Shown: one piece after another, positions 9,071 through 20,656 of the stretch
How positions within the stretch are numbered: the first letter of the stretch is position 1
Layout of the letters: the number at the start of each line of letters is the position of its first letter
Assembly (NCBI GenBank): GCA_964588545.1
Contig: CAZPPZ010000002.1
Coordinates: forward strand, 1-49,355
Source of the DNA: an uncultured Myxococcales bacterium
GTDB taxonomy: Bacteria; Desulfobacterota; Binatia; UBA1149; SPBQ01
DNA: 49,355 nt
Direction: 5' to 3'
Made by a program: the position numbers and the translations under genes
The notes under the pieces: model-generated
Databases searched by the model: none
The model's input: only the letters and a program-made list of their open reading frames with translations
Told to the model about the DNA's origin: nothing

Positions 9071-10367
9071 GGGCGCGCTGCCCCTTTCCCGCCTTCGCGG
9101 TGATGCCCTGGATGCCTGGCGCACTGCAGTGCGTGCGGCCTCGCCCGCAGGTAGCGTCGAAGACTTTCTCGACAACCGACCCGAGCTGAGATCCTCCCTC
9201 GACCACACGTTTGTCTTGGCCACCGGTAAGGCTGCCGCTGGGATGGCCCGTGGTGTCGGTCCGGCTGCGCGTGGAGCGGTGCTGCTTCCTGATGGTGTCG
9301 AGGCTTCGGGCCTGGGTCCGGGCTTGCGTCTATATCGCGGCGGACACCCACTGCCCAATCGTGAAGGTCTGGAGGCGAGTCGCGATATTCTCGCGGCGGT
9401 GAGTGCTCTCAAGCGCGACGACCGGCTGCTCTATCTTGTATCCGGCGGGACTTCGGCACTATTCGAAGTGCCGGATGCAGATGTAGAAGTAGACGACTTG
9501 ATCACTGCTTATGCGCTGTTGCTCGGTAGTGGCGCGGCCATTGCTGAGATAAATCTGATACGCCGTGCCTTGTCGGGGCTCAAAGGCGGAGGCTTGGCCA
9601 GAGCCGCCTATCCGGCCTCGGTACTGACGCTGGCGATTTCTGATGTCGCTGGTGACGATCCGGCGTCAATCGGGTCCGGGCCTACGGTGGCGGCCAACGA
9701 CAGCGCTGGCGCAGCCTTGGAGGCGCTACGGCGTATTGGGCTGGAAGAGCGGCTGCCGCCCGCCCTGCTTTCGAGGCTCGCCGGATCAGGCCGGGCGGTG
9801 GCGTCGGCATCGGCGCAGCCGAGTAGGGTGGAGGGCTATCACGTTGTGGCTTCGGTCGCCGTTTCCGAGGACGCTGCCTGTGAACGCCTCGAGCAGCTCG
9901 GCTATGAGCTCGTGGCTCCGCCCTGGTCGGAGCTCGAGGGTGACGCGTTCGAGGCCGGCATGGCGATTGCCGCGGCGTTGCAGAGGCGCCTGCAGCGCAG
10001 CCAGGGCGCGGTTGCCTTCGTAGTTGGCGGAGAGACTACGGTGAGACTGCCGGAGCGGCCGGGAGATGGCGGGCGCAACCAACATCTTGCGGCGGTACTG
10101 GCCGCTGCTCTGGCCGGACAGAGCGGCTTTGCCTGTATGGTGGGTGGCAGTGACGGCCGCGATGGTACGAGTGCAGCGGCTGGCGGTTTGATTGACGGTT
10201 CTACCGCCGAGCGCGCCCGTGAGGCCGGCTATGACCTGCGGGCGGCGCTGACGGCCTTCGACACCGGCCGCGCGCTAGCTGCCGCGGGCGATGCGATCTG
10301 CACCGGGCCAACCGGAACCAACGTTGGCGACGTGCTGGTGGCTACCATTTGTACGCCGCGGCGATAA
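9045..10367 (+). CDS. glycerate 2-kinase / hydroxypyruvate reductase family (DUF4147 + MOFRL)
   Basis: ATGKAAAGMA, VSGGTSALFE, INLIRRALSGLKGGGLA and GGETTVRL...GGRNQHLA...GGSDGRDG are MOFRL-family blocks. The GTG start overlaps the dksA-like gene by 26 nt, so the start is uncertain. Confidence 0.8.
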   Translation: MRATKTSAEGALPLSRLRGDALDAWRTAVRAASPAGSVEDFLDNRPELRSSLDHTFVLATGKAAAGMARGVGPAARGAVLLPDGVEASGLGPGLRLYRGGHPLPNREGLEASRDILAAVSALKRDDRLLYLVSGGTSALFEVPDADVEVDDLITAYALLLGSGAAIAEINLIRRALSGLKGGGLARAAYPASVLTLAISDVAGDDPASIGSGPTVAANDSAGAALEALRRIGLEERLPPALLSRLAGSGRAVASASAQPSRVEGYHVVASVAVSEDAACERLEQLGYELVAPPWSELEGDAFEAGMAIAAALQRRLQRSQGAVAFVVGGETTVRLPERPGDGGRNQHLAAVLAAALAGQSGFACMVGGSDGRDGTSAAAGGLIDGSTAERAREAGYDLRAALTAFDTGRALAAAGDAICTGPTGTNVGDVLVATICTPRR

Positions 10368-10413
10368 ATCGTCTCGGGTTGACGCAGTTTCGGGCCGTGC
10401 TACGTAGCCGATT

Positions 10414-11163
10414 GTGGATTCCGCCTACCTAAGCGAAATTTTTGTCTCCTACCAGGGTGAAGGCGCTCTGGTAGGGCAGCGACATCTATTCGTACGTTTT
10501 GCCGGATGTAACATTCGTTGCAATTACTGCGACACTCCGGCGTCGTTGGTCCGTGTCGGGCGCTGCCGCGTCGATTATCCTGACGGCCGCAGCGAGATAA
10601 TTGACAACCCGATTTCAGCTACCCATCTGACCTCGATGGTAACGCGTTTTTGTGTATCCGACCCGAGTATCACCATGATTGCTATCACCGGTGGCGAGCC
10701 TATGGTTCAGCACGGGTTCCTTGCCAACTGGTTGCGAGCGGTTGCTTTGCCGCGGCCGTGTTTACTCGAGACCAATGCTACGATCTCGACTGGTTTGACC
10801 GAGATACTCTCGCGAGTGAAAGTCGTATCTGCTGACATCAAGTTTGCGGCTGACACCGGTGAGACCAATCAGTGGCAGCGCCACGACGAGTTTCTTAGTG
10901 GCTGTGCCGACTCTGGCGTAGAGGTCTACGTGAAAATGCCGGTTGGCCCGGCGACTGATTCCCACGAGGTTCGCCGTGCAGCGCGAATGGTGGCTAGCAG
11001 GATTCCGCGGGCGCGCTTGTTTCTCCAGCCGGTAACCGATGTGAAAAGTGGTGAGTGGATGGTCTCGACCTCGGAACTGCTGCCATTACTGGCGGCCGCG
11101 TCGGCCGAGTTGCCGCGCAGCGGGCTACGCCCACAGATCCACAAGCTGCTGGGGATACGCTGA
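10414..11163 (+). CDS. queE: 7-carboxy-7-deazaguanine synthase (radical SAM)
   Basis: SEIFVSYQGEGALVGQRHLFVRFAGCNIRCNYCDTP is the QueE N-terminal signature, including the CX14CX2C-type cluster site. GTG start. Confidence 0.88.
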   Translation: MDSAYLSEIFVSYQGEGALVGQRHLFVRFAGCNIRCNYCDTPASLVRVGRCRVDYPDGRSEIIDNPISATHLTSMVTRFCVSDPSITMIAITGGEPMVQHGFLANWLRAVALPRPCLLETNATISTGLTEILSRVKVVSADIKFAADTGETNQWQRHDEFLSGCADSGVEVYVKMPVGPATDSHEVRRAARMVASRIPRARLFLQPVTDVKSGEWMVSTSELLPLLAAASAELPRSGLRPQIHKLLGIR

Positions 11164-11165
11164 CG

Positions 11166-12818
11166 ATGGTAACTGCAACGATTATGCAAGCTCAGCGTTA
11201 TCGCGAGGTAGCTTGGAAGAGCCTCCGCGACGAGGTCTTCGACCTGTTGATTATCGGTGGCGGTATCAATGGTGCGGGCGTCGCGCGCGACGCGGTATTG
11301 CGTGGCATGTCGGTGGCGTTGGTAGATCGTGGGGACTTTGCGGTGGGCACCAGTAGCCGCTCTACCAAGCTCATCCATGGCGGCGTGCGCTATCTCGAAC
11401 AGGGCGATGTGCGCCTGGTCTTGGAATCCTGCCGTGAGCGCGATCTGCTACGGACGCGCACGGCTCCCCACTTGGTGCGCGCTCAGCGCTTCGTGTTCCC
11501 GGTTTACTACGACGACGACACCCCGATGTGGCAGCTGCGTGCCGGGCTCACTCTTTACGATCTGCTCGCCGGCTTTCGCAACGTCAACGCGCACCACATG
11601 CTCTCTGTGGCCGAAGTCAGTCGTCGCGAGCCGGGGCTGTTGACCCGCGGCTTGCGTGGCGCCGCTCTGTACTACGATTGCTGGACCGATGACGCACGCC
11701 TGACCCTTGAGACCATCCTCGCGGCACGGGCGGGTGGGGCCACGGTGCTCAACTACGCAGAAGTCACCGCACTCGATAAGGACAGTACTGGACGCTTGGC
11801 TGCCGCCGAGGTCTGTGACCGTTTCAGTGGCGAGAGCGTGCGCGTGCGCGCCCGCAGCATGCTCAATGTGACCGGCCCGTGGCTAGATCACATCAGGCGC
11901 TTGGATGACGCTGGTACACCTCCGCGGCTGCGTCTTACCAAGGGAGTGCATGCGGTTTTTGACCGCAGCCGTATAGGCAACAACGACGCCGTAGTCATCC
12001 GCGGTGCTGATGACAAGCGGGTAATGTTTGCCATCCCCTGGCAGCAGCACACCTTGGTCGGCACTACCGACACTTTCTACGATGGCGAGCCAGCTGCGGT
12101 TGCGGCCAACGACGATGATGTCGACTATATTCTAGCGGCGGTCAACCGTGCTTTCCCGAGCGCCAACGTCTCTACTCGGGACGTCATCAGTACCTACGCA
12201 GGGCTGCGTCCGTTGGTAGCCCCCGAGGACGAAATCGACGAGTCCGACATCAGCCGTGAGGACCAGATCTTTGAAAGCCCGGCGGGTCTGATTTCGCTTG
12301 GCGGGGGAAAGTTGACGACCCATCGCCACGTTGCTGAACGTATCGTCGATGTAATCGCCGGTCGCTTGGGGCGACGGGTAGGGCTGTGCCGGACGGCTAC
12401 GGTGGCGCTACCGGGGGCGGCCGACATCGCCGCGGGCCTGGCCCACTCCCAGCCTCCCTCTACCCGCGAGGAACATCTGCGCTGGCGTTATGGAGCCATG
12501 GCGCCCGAGGTCTCGGCGGTTGCGCGCGGAGACGACGCGCTGGGACAACCCTTCGTTGCGGATCTCCCCGACCTCGCGGCTGAGGTCGTCTATGCGGTTG
12601 ATCGCGAGATGGCGATGACTGTTGAGGATGTTCTGACGCGTCGGCTGGCCATACATCTACGCAGCCGTGGCCGTGGCCAGGGGGTGGCTCGCCGTGTGGC
12701 TACCATCATGGCCGAGCAGTTGGGCTGGGACGCCGAGAGAATCGACGCCGAGGCTGAGGGCTACCAGCGAAGGGTAGCGAGCAGCCCGGAGGCCGCCCCG
12801 GACCGCCGTCAAGGGTAA
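11166..12818 (+). CDS. glpD: FAD-dependent glycerol-3-phosphate dehydrogenase
   Basis: DLLIIGGGINGAGVARDAVLRGMSVALVDRGDFAVGTSSRSTKLIHGGVRYLEQGD is the dinucleotide-binding fold plus GlpD block. I chose ATG 11166, just after the queE stop. The ORF-track start at 11055 overlaps queE by 109 nt. Confidence 0.9.
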   Translation: MVTATIMQAQRYREVAWKSLRDEVFDLLIIGGGINGAGVARDAVLRGMSVALVDRGDFAVGTSSRSTKLIHGGVRYLEQGDVRLVLESCRERDLLRTRTAPHLVRAQRFVFPVYYDDDTPMWQLRAGLTLYDLLAGFRNVNAHHMLSVAEVSRREPGLLTRGLRGAALYYDCWTDDARLTLETILAARAGGATVLNYAEVTALDKDSTGRLAAAEVCDRFSGESVRVRARSMLNVTGPWLDHIRRLDDAGTPPRLRLTKGVHAVFDRSRIGNNDAVVIRGADDKRVMFAIPWQQHTLVGTTDTFYDGEPAAVAANDDDVDYILAAVNRAFPSANVSTRDVISTYAGLRPLVAPEDEIDESDISREDQIFESPAGLISLGGGKLTTHRHVAERIVDVIAGRLGRRVGLCRTATVALPGAADIAAGLAHSQPPSTREEHLRWRYGAMAPEVSAVARGDDALGQPFVADLPDLAAEVVYAVDREMAMTVEDVLTRRLAIHLRSRGRGQGVARRVATIMAEQLGWDAERIDAEAEGYQRRVASSPEAAPDRRQG

Positions 12819-12920
12819 AAAGATTGACATTGCTCGATTTTGCAGTAAGCAGTTGGCGCCGCGCGCTGGTGGCAGGCCGTTTTTGGCCCTGTGCTTGCAC
12901 CAGCGACTGGACTACAATTG

Positions 12921-13958
12921 ATGACCATCCAACCACCCCTGCTCGACAAAGAAGAGCTTGCCCAGATCGCTGCTGAGTTCGGTGTTGGCAAACCTGCAGC
13001 CGGCTCGGGCGTGATACCGCGCTGGGGTAATCGTCGTTACATCATCGAGAACGCCAAGGTTCGCTACGAACTGCGGCTCAAGAGTATCGAAGAAGAGTTC
13101 GAACTGCGTCGCGAGCTCGACCTGCTCAGCTATCTTGAGAAGCACGATTTCGCCAGCCCCCGGGTGATCGCTGATCTGCGTGGCCGGCAGTTCGTGGAGA
13201 AGGGCGGTTATTGCTTGGTGCTCTACAAGGTAGCCATCGGTGACTATCTCGACGAAGAGAGTTTCGAACTCAAGCAGGTCAACAGCGCTGGTTATCTAAT
13301 TGGACAGCTCCACGCGCTTGGCCGCAGCTATAAGAAGACCATCGACAATCGTTATGGCTTCGACCGCATCTTTGAGCTCTACGCCGGTGTTCGTCGGCGT
13401 ATGCCCAGCTACTTCAAGAAGATTGTGCGTACTCTGGACGAGGAGACCGAGTATCTCGGCAACTACCTCGAAACCAAACTCCCCAAGGGCATCATCCACG
13501 GCACCATTCACAAGGACGGGATGATCTTCAGTGGCGACAACATCGTTTCTATCGGAGATTTTGACGCCGCGTGCAGGGGGAAGTACGTTTTCGATCTGGC
13601 GACCGCCGTCAACGCTATGTGCTTTACCGAGGGCATCTATTCGCTGGATCGTTTCGAAGCTCTGATGGCTGGTTACGAGTCGGTGAGGACGCTGTCGTTG
13701 GCTGAGTGGGACTCGTTCCCCAACGAGCTACGCTTTGCAGCGTTGCGTTTCGCGGTAATCCGGCTGACCGAGTTCTTTGCCGCAGAACGCGATGAAGCCG
13801 AGCGGATTAACGAGGACTTCCGCAAGTTCTTCGACCGACTTCGGGTTCTACGGCGTGAAAAGGAAGGCGGGATGGAGGGGCTGCTGATGGCTATGGCTAC
13901 CGGCTATGACTACCGCAAGTACCAGCGCGTAAAGTCGGGTGACGAGGAAGAAGAGTAG
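12921..13958 (+). CDS. phosphotransferase-fold protein related to homoserine kinase type II (APH/ChoK family), non-canonical catalytic loop
   Basis: [34 protein letters not shown] aligns with the ThrB2 block LPRxxxHADLFRDNVLFxGxxLxGxIDFYxAC. The C-terminus is acidic (SGDEEEE). Alternative GTG start at 12891. Confidence 0.6.
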   Translation: MTIQPPLLDKEELAQIAAEFGVGKPAAGSGVIPRWGNRRYIIENAKVRYELRLKSIEEEFELRRELDLLSYLEKHDFASPRVIADLRGRQFVEKGGYCLVLYKVAIGDYLDEESFELKQVNSAGYLIGQLHALGRSYKKTIDNRYGFDRIFELYAGVRRRMPSYFKKIVRTLDEETEYLGNYLETKLPKGIIHGTIHKDGMIFSGDNIVSIGDFDAACRGKYVFDLATAVNAMCFTEGIYSLDRFEALMAGYESVRTLSLAEWDSFPNELRFAALRFAVIRLTEFFAAERDEAERINEDFRKFFDRLRVLRREKEGGMEGLLMAMATGYDYRKYQRVKSGDEEEE

Positions 13959-14512
13959 TGGGGAAACGCGAGATCAGCCCCGATCTCGTGCGTCAGCTGC
14001 TTGCCGATATCGGCGAAGATCCCGACCGTGAGGGCCTACTCAAGACCCCCAACCGAGTATCACGGGCGCTAGGATTTCTTACCCAGGGCTACGACCAAGA
14101 TCCTGCTGCCGTAGTCGGCGATGCGCTGTTTACCGAAGAATACTCCGAGATGATAATCGTTCGCGATATCGATTTTTACTCTCTGTGTGAACACCACCTG
14201 ATTCCGTTCTACGGCCGTGCTCATGTCGCTTATGTGCCCGACAAGAAGATAATTGGTATAAGTAAGCTCGCGCGCTTGGTCGAATGTTTTGCGCGGCGCT
14301 TGCAGGTTCAGGAGCGAATGACTTCGCAGGTGGCCGCCACTCTCAACGATACGCTTCACCCGCTCGGTGTCGGTGTCGTGGTCCGCGCCGAACACATGTG
14401 CATGCGTATGCGGGGTGTCGAAAAACCCAACTCCGAGGTCGTGACCAGCGCGCTTCTCGGCTGCTTCCGTCAGCGCGATACGCGCCAAGAGTTCATGAAT
14501 CTAATCAAGTGA
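13958..14512 (+). CDS. folE: GTP cyclohydrolase I
   Basis: Contains [20 protein letters not shown] and QVQERMT. 184 aa, GTG start. Confidence 0.93.
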   Translation: MGKREISPDLVRQLLADIGEDPDREGLLKTPNRVSRALGFLTQGYDQDPAAVVGDALFTEEYSEMIIVRDIDFYSLCEHHLIPFYGRAHVAYVPDKKIIGISKLARLVECFARRLQVQERMTSQVAATLNDTLHPLGVGVVVRAEHMCMRMRGVEKPNSEVVTSALLGCFRQRDTRQEFMNLIK

Positions 14513-14531
14513 TCGCCGCTGCGGGCGCCGA

Positions 14532-16253
14532 TCAGAACTTCGCCCACCAGGGCAGCCCGGGTGAGTCTTCGAACTCGACCGATATGCCGTAGGACTCGAG
14601 TAGTGTGCCCTCGGCGCGCCGCAGCGCCGTAACCGCATTGGCGTGGTCGGTGATCGCGCGAGCCTCGGTCGCCATCGCCGAAGTCAGCTTCTTCTGGAAA
14701 GTCAGCACGTCGGTGGTGGTAACCAGACCAACATCGTAACGGCGGCTTTGATCGTGGAGGTTCTCCTCCGCCAGTTCGCGCGCCAGGCGTGCCGCAAAGA
14801 CTCTCTTCTCTGCGGCTTCGACTTCTCCAGCAGCCTTGTCTATCTCGAGCGCTACGTCCGCCACGGTCTGGCGAAGCGTTTCTTCGACCCGGCTGAGTTC
14901 TATTGTTGATCGCGCGTAGCGCGACTTAGCGTCGGCATTGAACAGCGGTACTTCGAGCTGGAGGCGGACGCGGTAGCGGAAAAAATCGCCAGACAGCAGC
15001 GAGTCGAGCGCGTCGCCGTAGGCTCCGCTTTCACTGTCGGCAAGCTGGCTGGGGCGGCTGTTCAAATTTTCATTGATCACAACGCTGGGTGCGGGATCGG
15101 TGTTGCGCTTACCACCCAGGCCCACCAGGTCGTAGTTTCCGACTAGGTCCAAACTTGGCAACAGGCGATTGCGGCTCAAGCGCTTGGCGATCTTTGCGTT
15201 GTCCACCGCTAGTCTTGCCTCGCGGATTTCCGCACGCTTCTCTATTGCGGTCAGTAGCCTTTGACCCCGTGCGGTGTCGATCTCGGCTACCTGGTGGCGA
15301 TCACTGGGTTTGATCGCCAGTGGTGCAGCCCCGCTGGTGGCACCGCCGACGGCCCCGCCGACGGCCCCTGCCATGATGGTGTACTGCAGGGTGCGCCTAG
15401 CGCTGTCGAGTGTATTCTCGGCGGCGATCATTTCTTCTTCGCGCGCGGCTGCGTCAGCGTGCGCCTCCTGCGCCGCTACCGGTGGTACAGTACCGATGGC
15501 TACGCGTTTCCGCGCCGCCTCGGCCAATTCATTAGCGAGTCGCAGGCTGCGGCGAGCGACCTCGAGCTCGGCTTCAGCCAGGGTGTAGGCCCAGTATTGG
15601 TCGACGACGCTTGCGACAAAGCTCGATAGTGAGGCTTCGTACTCGGCCGCTGAGCGGCCTGATTGATTGCGCGCGAGGCTTACCGCTGTTCTCGCGCTGA
15701 AGCCCCCAAAATCGCGCAGCAGAGGCTGTGACACGGTGATGCCGAGGGTGGGATCGAAGCGCGGCACGGCATCCTCAAAGTCGGAGTTAGTCGTGCGCCG
15801 CTGATTGTTCCAGGCTAGGTCTACCGATGTGCCGCTGCGCAGTAGTTTGGAGATCCCGAGGTTGGCTATGTACTCGTCATCTTTTCGGACCCCACTGCGA
15901 CGACCGTTTACACCGTCGAGAGAGTTGGTGGTTGGAATCTTGCGGTCGGAGTAGCCAAGTTCGACGCTTACCTTGGGTTCGTAGGCTGCCGCGGCGGTGA
16001 ACACTCCCTCGCGCTCGGCTTGGGGAACGCGTGCTTTGGCCGCGATCCCGGGGTTGTTGGCTACGGCCGCGAGCACTGCCTCGCTGAGCGTGATCGGCTG
16101 TGGTTTGGCGGATCGAGCCTCGAGTGAGCTGACCAAGCCATCGATGTAGTGTTGAGTGCGACTATCGAAGCTGTCGGCCCCGCCCGCCTGTGCTGGTAGG
16201 CAGGTCAGCAGGGGCAGCAGCAGGGCCATGAGAAGTCGAGATTTGTTAGGCAT
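14532..16253 (-). CDS. TolC-family outer-membrane efflux protein
   Basis: Signal peptide MPNKSRLLMALLLPLLTCLPAQA. LTLSEAVLAAVANNPGIAA opens two OEP-type repeats with long coiled segments. I preferred ATG 16253 over the ORF-track start at 16304. Confidence 0.8.
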   Translation of the reverse strand: MPNKSRLLMALLLPLLTCLPAQAGGADSFDSRTQHYIDGLVSSLEARSAKPQPITLSEAVLAAVANNPGIAAKARVPQAEREGVFTAAAAYEPKVSVELGYSDRKIPTTNSLDGVNGRRSGVRKDDEYIANLGISKLLRSGTSVDLAWNNQRRTTNSDFEDAVPRFDPTLGITVSQPLLRDFGGFSARTAVSLARNQSGRSAAEYEASLSSFVASVVDQYWAYTLAEAELEVARRSLRLANELAEAARKRVAIGTVPPVAAQEAHADAAAREEEMIAAENTLDSARRTLQYTIMAGAVGGAVGGATSGAAPLAIKPSDRHQVAEIDTARGQRLLTAIEKRAEIREARLAVDNAKIAKRLSRNRLLPSLDLVGNYDLVGLGGKRNTDPAPSVVINENLNSRPSQLADSESGAYGDALDSLLSGDFFRYRVRLQLEVPLFNADAKSRYARSTIELSRVEETLRQTVADVALEIDKAAGEVEAAEKRVFAARLARELAEENLHDQSRRYDVGLVTTTDVLTFQKKLTSAMATEARAITDHANAVTALRRAEGTLLESYGISVEFEDSPGLPWWAKF

Positions 16254-16482
16254 AGCAGTTTGAGCCGCGGTTCCTGGGTCGGCCGGTCTCTGTCGAGAGG
16301 CCAAAGCCTCGCGCCTCCAGCTTCACTGCGGTTGCTTCGACTGTCAAGACGGTAAACAGCTGCCTTGACATCTTTTGTAGCCGGGAATACAGAGCCTGGT
16401 TGGGATTCTGCGCAGGCACTATTTATACCAGGCAATTCCACAGCCTGGCGTGACCAATCCGTGCGCAGTACCACCGAGGTAC

Positions 16483-17631
16483 ATGCTCAAACGATATCTT
16501 CTGGCTCCCGGGCCGACGCCGGTTCCGCCCGCGGTTTTGTTAGCGATGGCGGCTCCCATAATCCACCATCGCACCCCACAGTTCAGCGCCATTTTTGGCG
16601 AGGCCGCTGAAGGCTCACGCCGGTTATTTGGTACCCAACAGCCGGTAATGATGCTGGCTTGTACCGGCACCGGCGGGATGGAAGCCGCGCTTACCAACAC
16701 TCTCTCACGCGGCGATCACGTCGTCGTCGTCAATGCCGGTAAGTTCGGTGAGCGCTGGGCGGAGATCGCTCAGAGCTTTGGCTTGAAGGTTACCACCATC
16801 GACGTCGAATGGGGCAGCGCGGTTGATCCGGGCGCGGTCGAGGCAGCTCTTGTTGCCCATCCCGAGACCAAGGCGCTGCTGGTGCAGGCCAGCGAGACCT
16901 CAACTACGGTTCTCCATCCGATAGCCGAGCTGGCGGCGCTGACCAAGACTAGAGAGTGCCTGTTGATCGTCGACGGCATTACCTCGGTGGGGGTGGTTGA
17001 GATGCCGATGGATAGCACCGGCATCGATGTCTTGGTCACCGGTTCACAGAAGGCACTTATGCTTCCCCCGGGGCTTGCGCTGGTGAGCCTCAGTGAAAAA
17101 GCCTGGGCGTTTCACGAGAAATCTGATCTGCCTCGCTACTATTTCGATTTGGCCAAAGAGCGCGCCAACCTTGCCAAGGACACCTCGGCGTATACGCCGG
17201 CGGTTTCGATGATCGTCGGGTTGCGTGAAGTCTATCGAGTAATCGACGAGAGTGGCGGATTCTCCGAGGTCTACCGCCGGCATGGCCTATTGGCAATGGC
17301 GACCCGAGAGGGGGTAAGCGCGATGGGACTGTCGCTGCTTGCGCCGGATTCCCCGAGCGCTGCGGCTACCGGCGTGTGGGTTCCCGAGGACGTCGACGGC
17401 GCCAAGCTGACCAAGTATATGCGCGATACCATGGGGGTTACCGTCGCCGGTGGGCAGGGACATTTAAAAGGAAAGATCGTGCGCTTAGCCCACATCGGTT
17501 ACGCCGACACCTTCGACGTTGTCGTTGCGCTAGCTGCGCTAGAGATGGCACTGGGCAAGTTCGGTCATGAGCTCTCGCTTGGTCACGGGCCAGGGGCTGC
17601 TCAGAAGGTGCTCACGCAGATGCACCCGTAG
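16483..17631 (+). CDS. class-V pyridoxal-phosphate aminotransferase (serine-glyoxylate/alanine-glyoxylate type; possibly acting as phosphoserine aminotransferase)
   Basis: N-terminus LLAPGPTPVPPAVLLAM and the PLP-lysine block TGSQKALMLPPG. It lies directly upstream of serA. I preferred start ATG 16483. Confidence 0.8.
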   Translation: MLKRYLLAPGPTPVPPAVLLAMAAPIIHHRTPQFSAIFGEAAEGSRRLFGTQQPVMMLACTGTGGMEAALTNTLSRGDHVVVVNAGKFGERWAEIAQSFGLKVTTIDVEWGSAVDPGAVEAALVAHPETKALLVQASETSTTVLHPIAELAALTKTRECLLIVDGITSVGVVEMPMDSTGIDVLVTGSQKALMLPPGLALVSLSEKAWAFHEKSDLPRYYFDLAKERANLAKDTSAYTPAVSMIVGLREVYRVIDESGGFSEVYRRHGLLAMATREGVSAMGLSLLAPDSPSAAATGVWVPEDVDGAKLTKYMRDTMGVTVAGGQGHLKGKIVRLAHIGYADTFDVVVALAALEMALGKFGHELSLGHGPGAAQKVLTQMHP

Positions 17632-17666
17632 CCGCGTGCTCGGTTGCTGACACTAGGACGAGGTCG

Positions 17667-19253
17667 TTGACACATAAAGTTCTAATATCCGACAAGCTGG
17701 CTCCCGAGGGCGTCTCGATTCTCGCCGAAACTGAGCAGCTAGAGGTTGATCTGCGGCCGGGTATGAAGCCGGAGCAGCTTCGGGCGGCCGTGGCTGACTA
17801 CGAGGCGCTGATTATTCGCAGCGGCACCAAGGTGACCAGCGAAATCATCGATGCGGCGACTTCGCTGAGGGTTATTGGCCGCGCAGGTATCGGTGTCGAC
17901 AACGTAGATGTTGATGCTGCGAGCAAGCGTGGCATCGTCGTCATGAATACCCCCGGCGGGAACACCGTGACCACTGCTGAGCACACTGTTTCGATGATGC
18001 TCTCGTTGGCCCGCCATATCCCCCAGGCCCACTCCTCGCTGGGCTCTGGTGAGTGGCGGCGTAGCGATTTTGTCGGTTCCGAGGTCTGCAGCAAGACCCT
18101 CGGTATCGTCGGTATTGGTAACATCGGGTCTATCGTTGCTGACCGAGCTCGCGGTTTGAAAATGAAGGTAATCGCCTACGACCCGTTCATTACCGAAGAG
18201 GCAGCGGCGAGGATGGGGATCGAACTCGTCGGCCTCGAAGACCTCTACAAGAGTGCTGATTTCATTAGCGTTCACACTCCACTCACCGATGAGACTCGAG
18301 GGTTGATAGGCACGGCTGCGTTTGCGCAGATGAAGAAGAGCGCACGTATCGTCAACTGCGCGCGCGGGGGTATCGTCGATGAAGCGGCGCTGCTCGCAGC
18401 CCTCGACGACGGAAAGATTGCCGGTGCGGCTCTCGACGTGTTCGTCGACGAACCTCCCGACGCGAGTAATCCTTTGCTGTCCCACCCCTTGATCGTCGTG
18501 ACACCCCATCTTGGGGCCAATACTGGCGAGGCTCAGCTCAACGTCGCTATTGCCGTGGCGGAGCAGGTGCGTGATTTCTTGGTCACCGGGGTCATTCGCA
18601 ACGCGGTCAACGTCCCTTCGGTGTCTGAGGAAGAAGCTGCGAAGTTGTTGCCGTACTCGCGTCTGGCCGAAAAGATCGGTTGTCTTCACGCTCAGCTTAG
18701 CGAGGGCGTGCCGAGCGAACTGCGTATCGAATACAAGGGCGACATCGCTGATATGGACTGCCGACCAGTTCACGCCAGCGTCCTCAAGGGATTGCTAGGC
18801 TGCGCCCTAGACACCCAGGTAAACGTCGTCAATGCTCCTTTTCTAGCTGCTGATCGTGGCATTCGCGTGGTCGAGCTTCGCAACCCCCAGCCGGTCGGCT
18901 TCACCAACGCTATCAAGGTGGAGTTTGTCGGCAGCGACCATTCTAACGTAATCGAAGGAGCCGTGTTTGGCGCAGATGTTATTCGCCTGGTTCGCTTCGA
19001 CGATTTCCATTTCGAGGCGGTTCCCGAGGGCATCATTCTGGTCCTCCATAACCGCGATGTGCCCGGAGTGGTTGGCAACGTCGGGACTTTTCTGGCCAAG
19101 GAGAAGATCAACATTGCCGGTCTCGAGCTAGGCCGAGTAGGTGGCGAGGCGGTTTCTTTCGTGCACGTCGATTCCGCCCTCGACGAGGCCCAGTTGAACG
19201 AGTTGCGCAAGCTTCCCGACATAACTGGCGCGCACATGGCCCGTCTGGTCTGA
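17667..19253 (+). CDS. serA: D-3-phosphoglycerate dehydrogenase (long form with ASB and ACT domains)
   Basis: KVLISDKL..., the NAD site GIVGIGNIGSIVA, NCARGGIVDE and TPHLGA. C-terminal ACT domain; 528 aa; TTG start. Confidence 0.92.
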   Translation: MTHKVLISDKLAPEGVSILAETEQLEVDLRPGMKPEQLRAAVADYEALIIRSGTKVTSEIIDAATSLRVIGRAGIGVDNVDVDAASKRGIVVMNTPGGNTVTTAEHTVSMMLSLARHIPQAHSSLGSGEWRRSDFVGSEVCSKTLGIVGIGNIGSIVADRARGLKMKVIAYDPFITEEAAARMGIELVGLEDLYKSADFISVHTPLTDETRGLIGTAAFAQMKKSARIVNCARGGIVDEAALLAALDDGKIAGAALDVFVDEPPDASNPLLSHPLIVVTPHLGANTGEAQLNVAIAVAEQVRDFLVTGVIRNAVNVPSVSEEEAAKLLPYSRLAEKIGCLHAQLSEGVPSELRIEYKGDIADMDCRPVHASVLKGLLGCALDTQVNVVNAPFLAADRGIRVVELRNPQPVGFTNAIKVEFVGSDHSNVIEGAVFGADVIRLVRFDDFHFEAVPEGIILVLHNRDVPGVVGNVGTFLAKEKINIAGLELGRVGGEAVSFVHVDSALDEAQLNELRKLPDITGAHMARLV

Positions 19254-19324
19254 ACGATGAAGCGCTGCTGCAACGACCTCGACCGAAACCACATGGTGGG
19301 TGGCGGTATAGCCACTTGGGTTAG

Positions 19325-20644
<1,320 letters not shown>

Positions 20645-20656
20645 GAATCTTCGAGC

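Noticed and set aside
12824-12851. Perfect TTGACA with an upstream A-tract, ahead of the homoserine-kinase-like gene.
   Set aside because: No acceptable -10 hexamer lies at 16-18 nt (TAAGCA matches only 2 of 6), so I did not annotate it as a promoter.
17739-18773. 344-aa minus-strand ORF antisense to serA. Similar long antisense ORFs lie at 43058-44059 and 42125-42838 (opposite rnr), 45450-46526 (opposite MCM), 7740-8447 (opposite rimO) and 8861-9412 (opposite the dksA-like and glycerate kinase genes).
   Set aside because: Each lies entirely opposite a gene with unmistakable family motifs. Their products are Arg/Ala/Gly/Pro-rich with no recognisable domains, and stop-free antisense frames are expected in GC-rich DNA.
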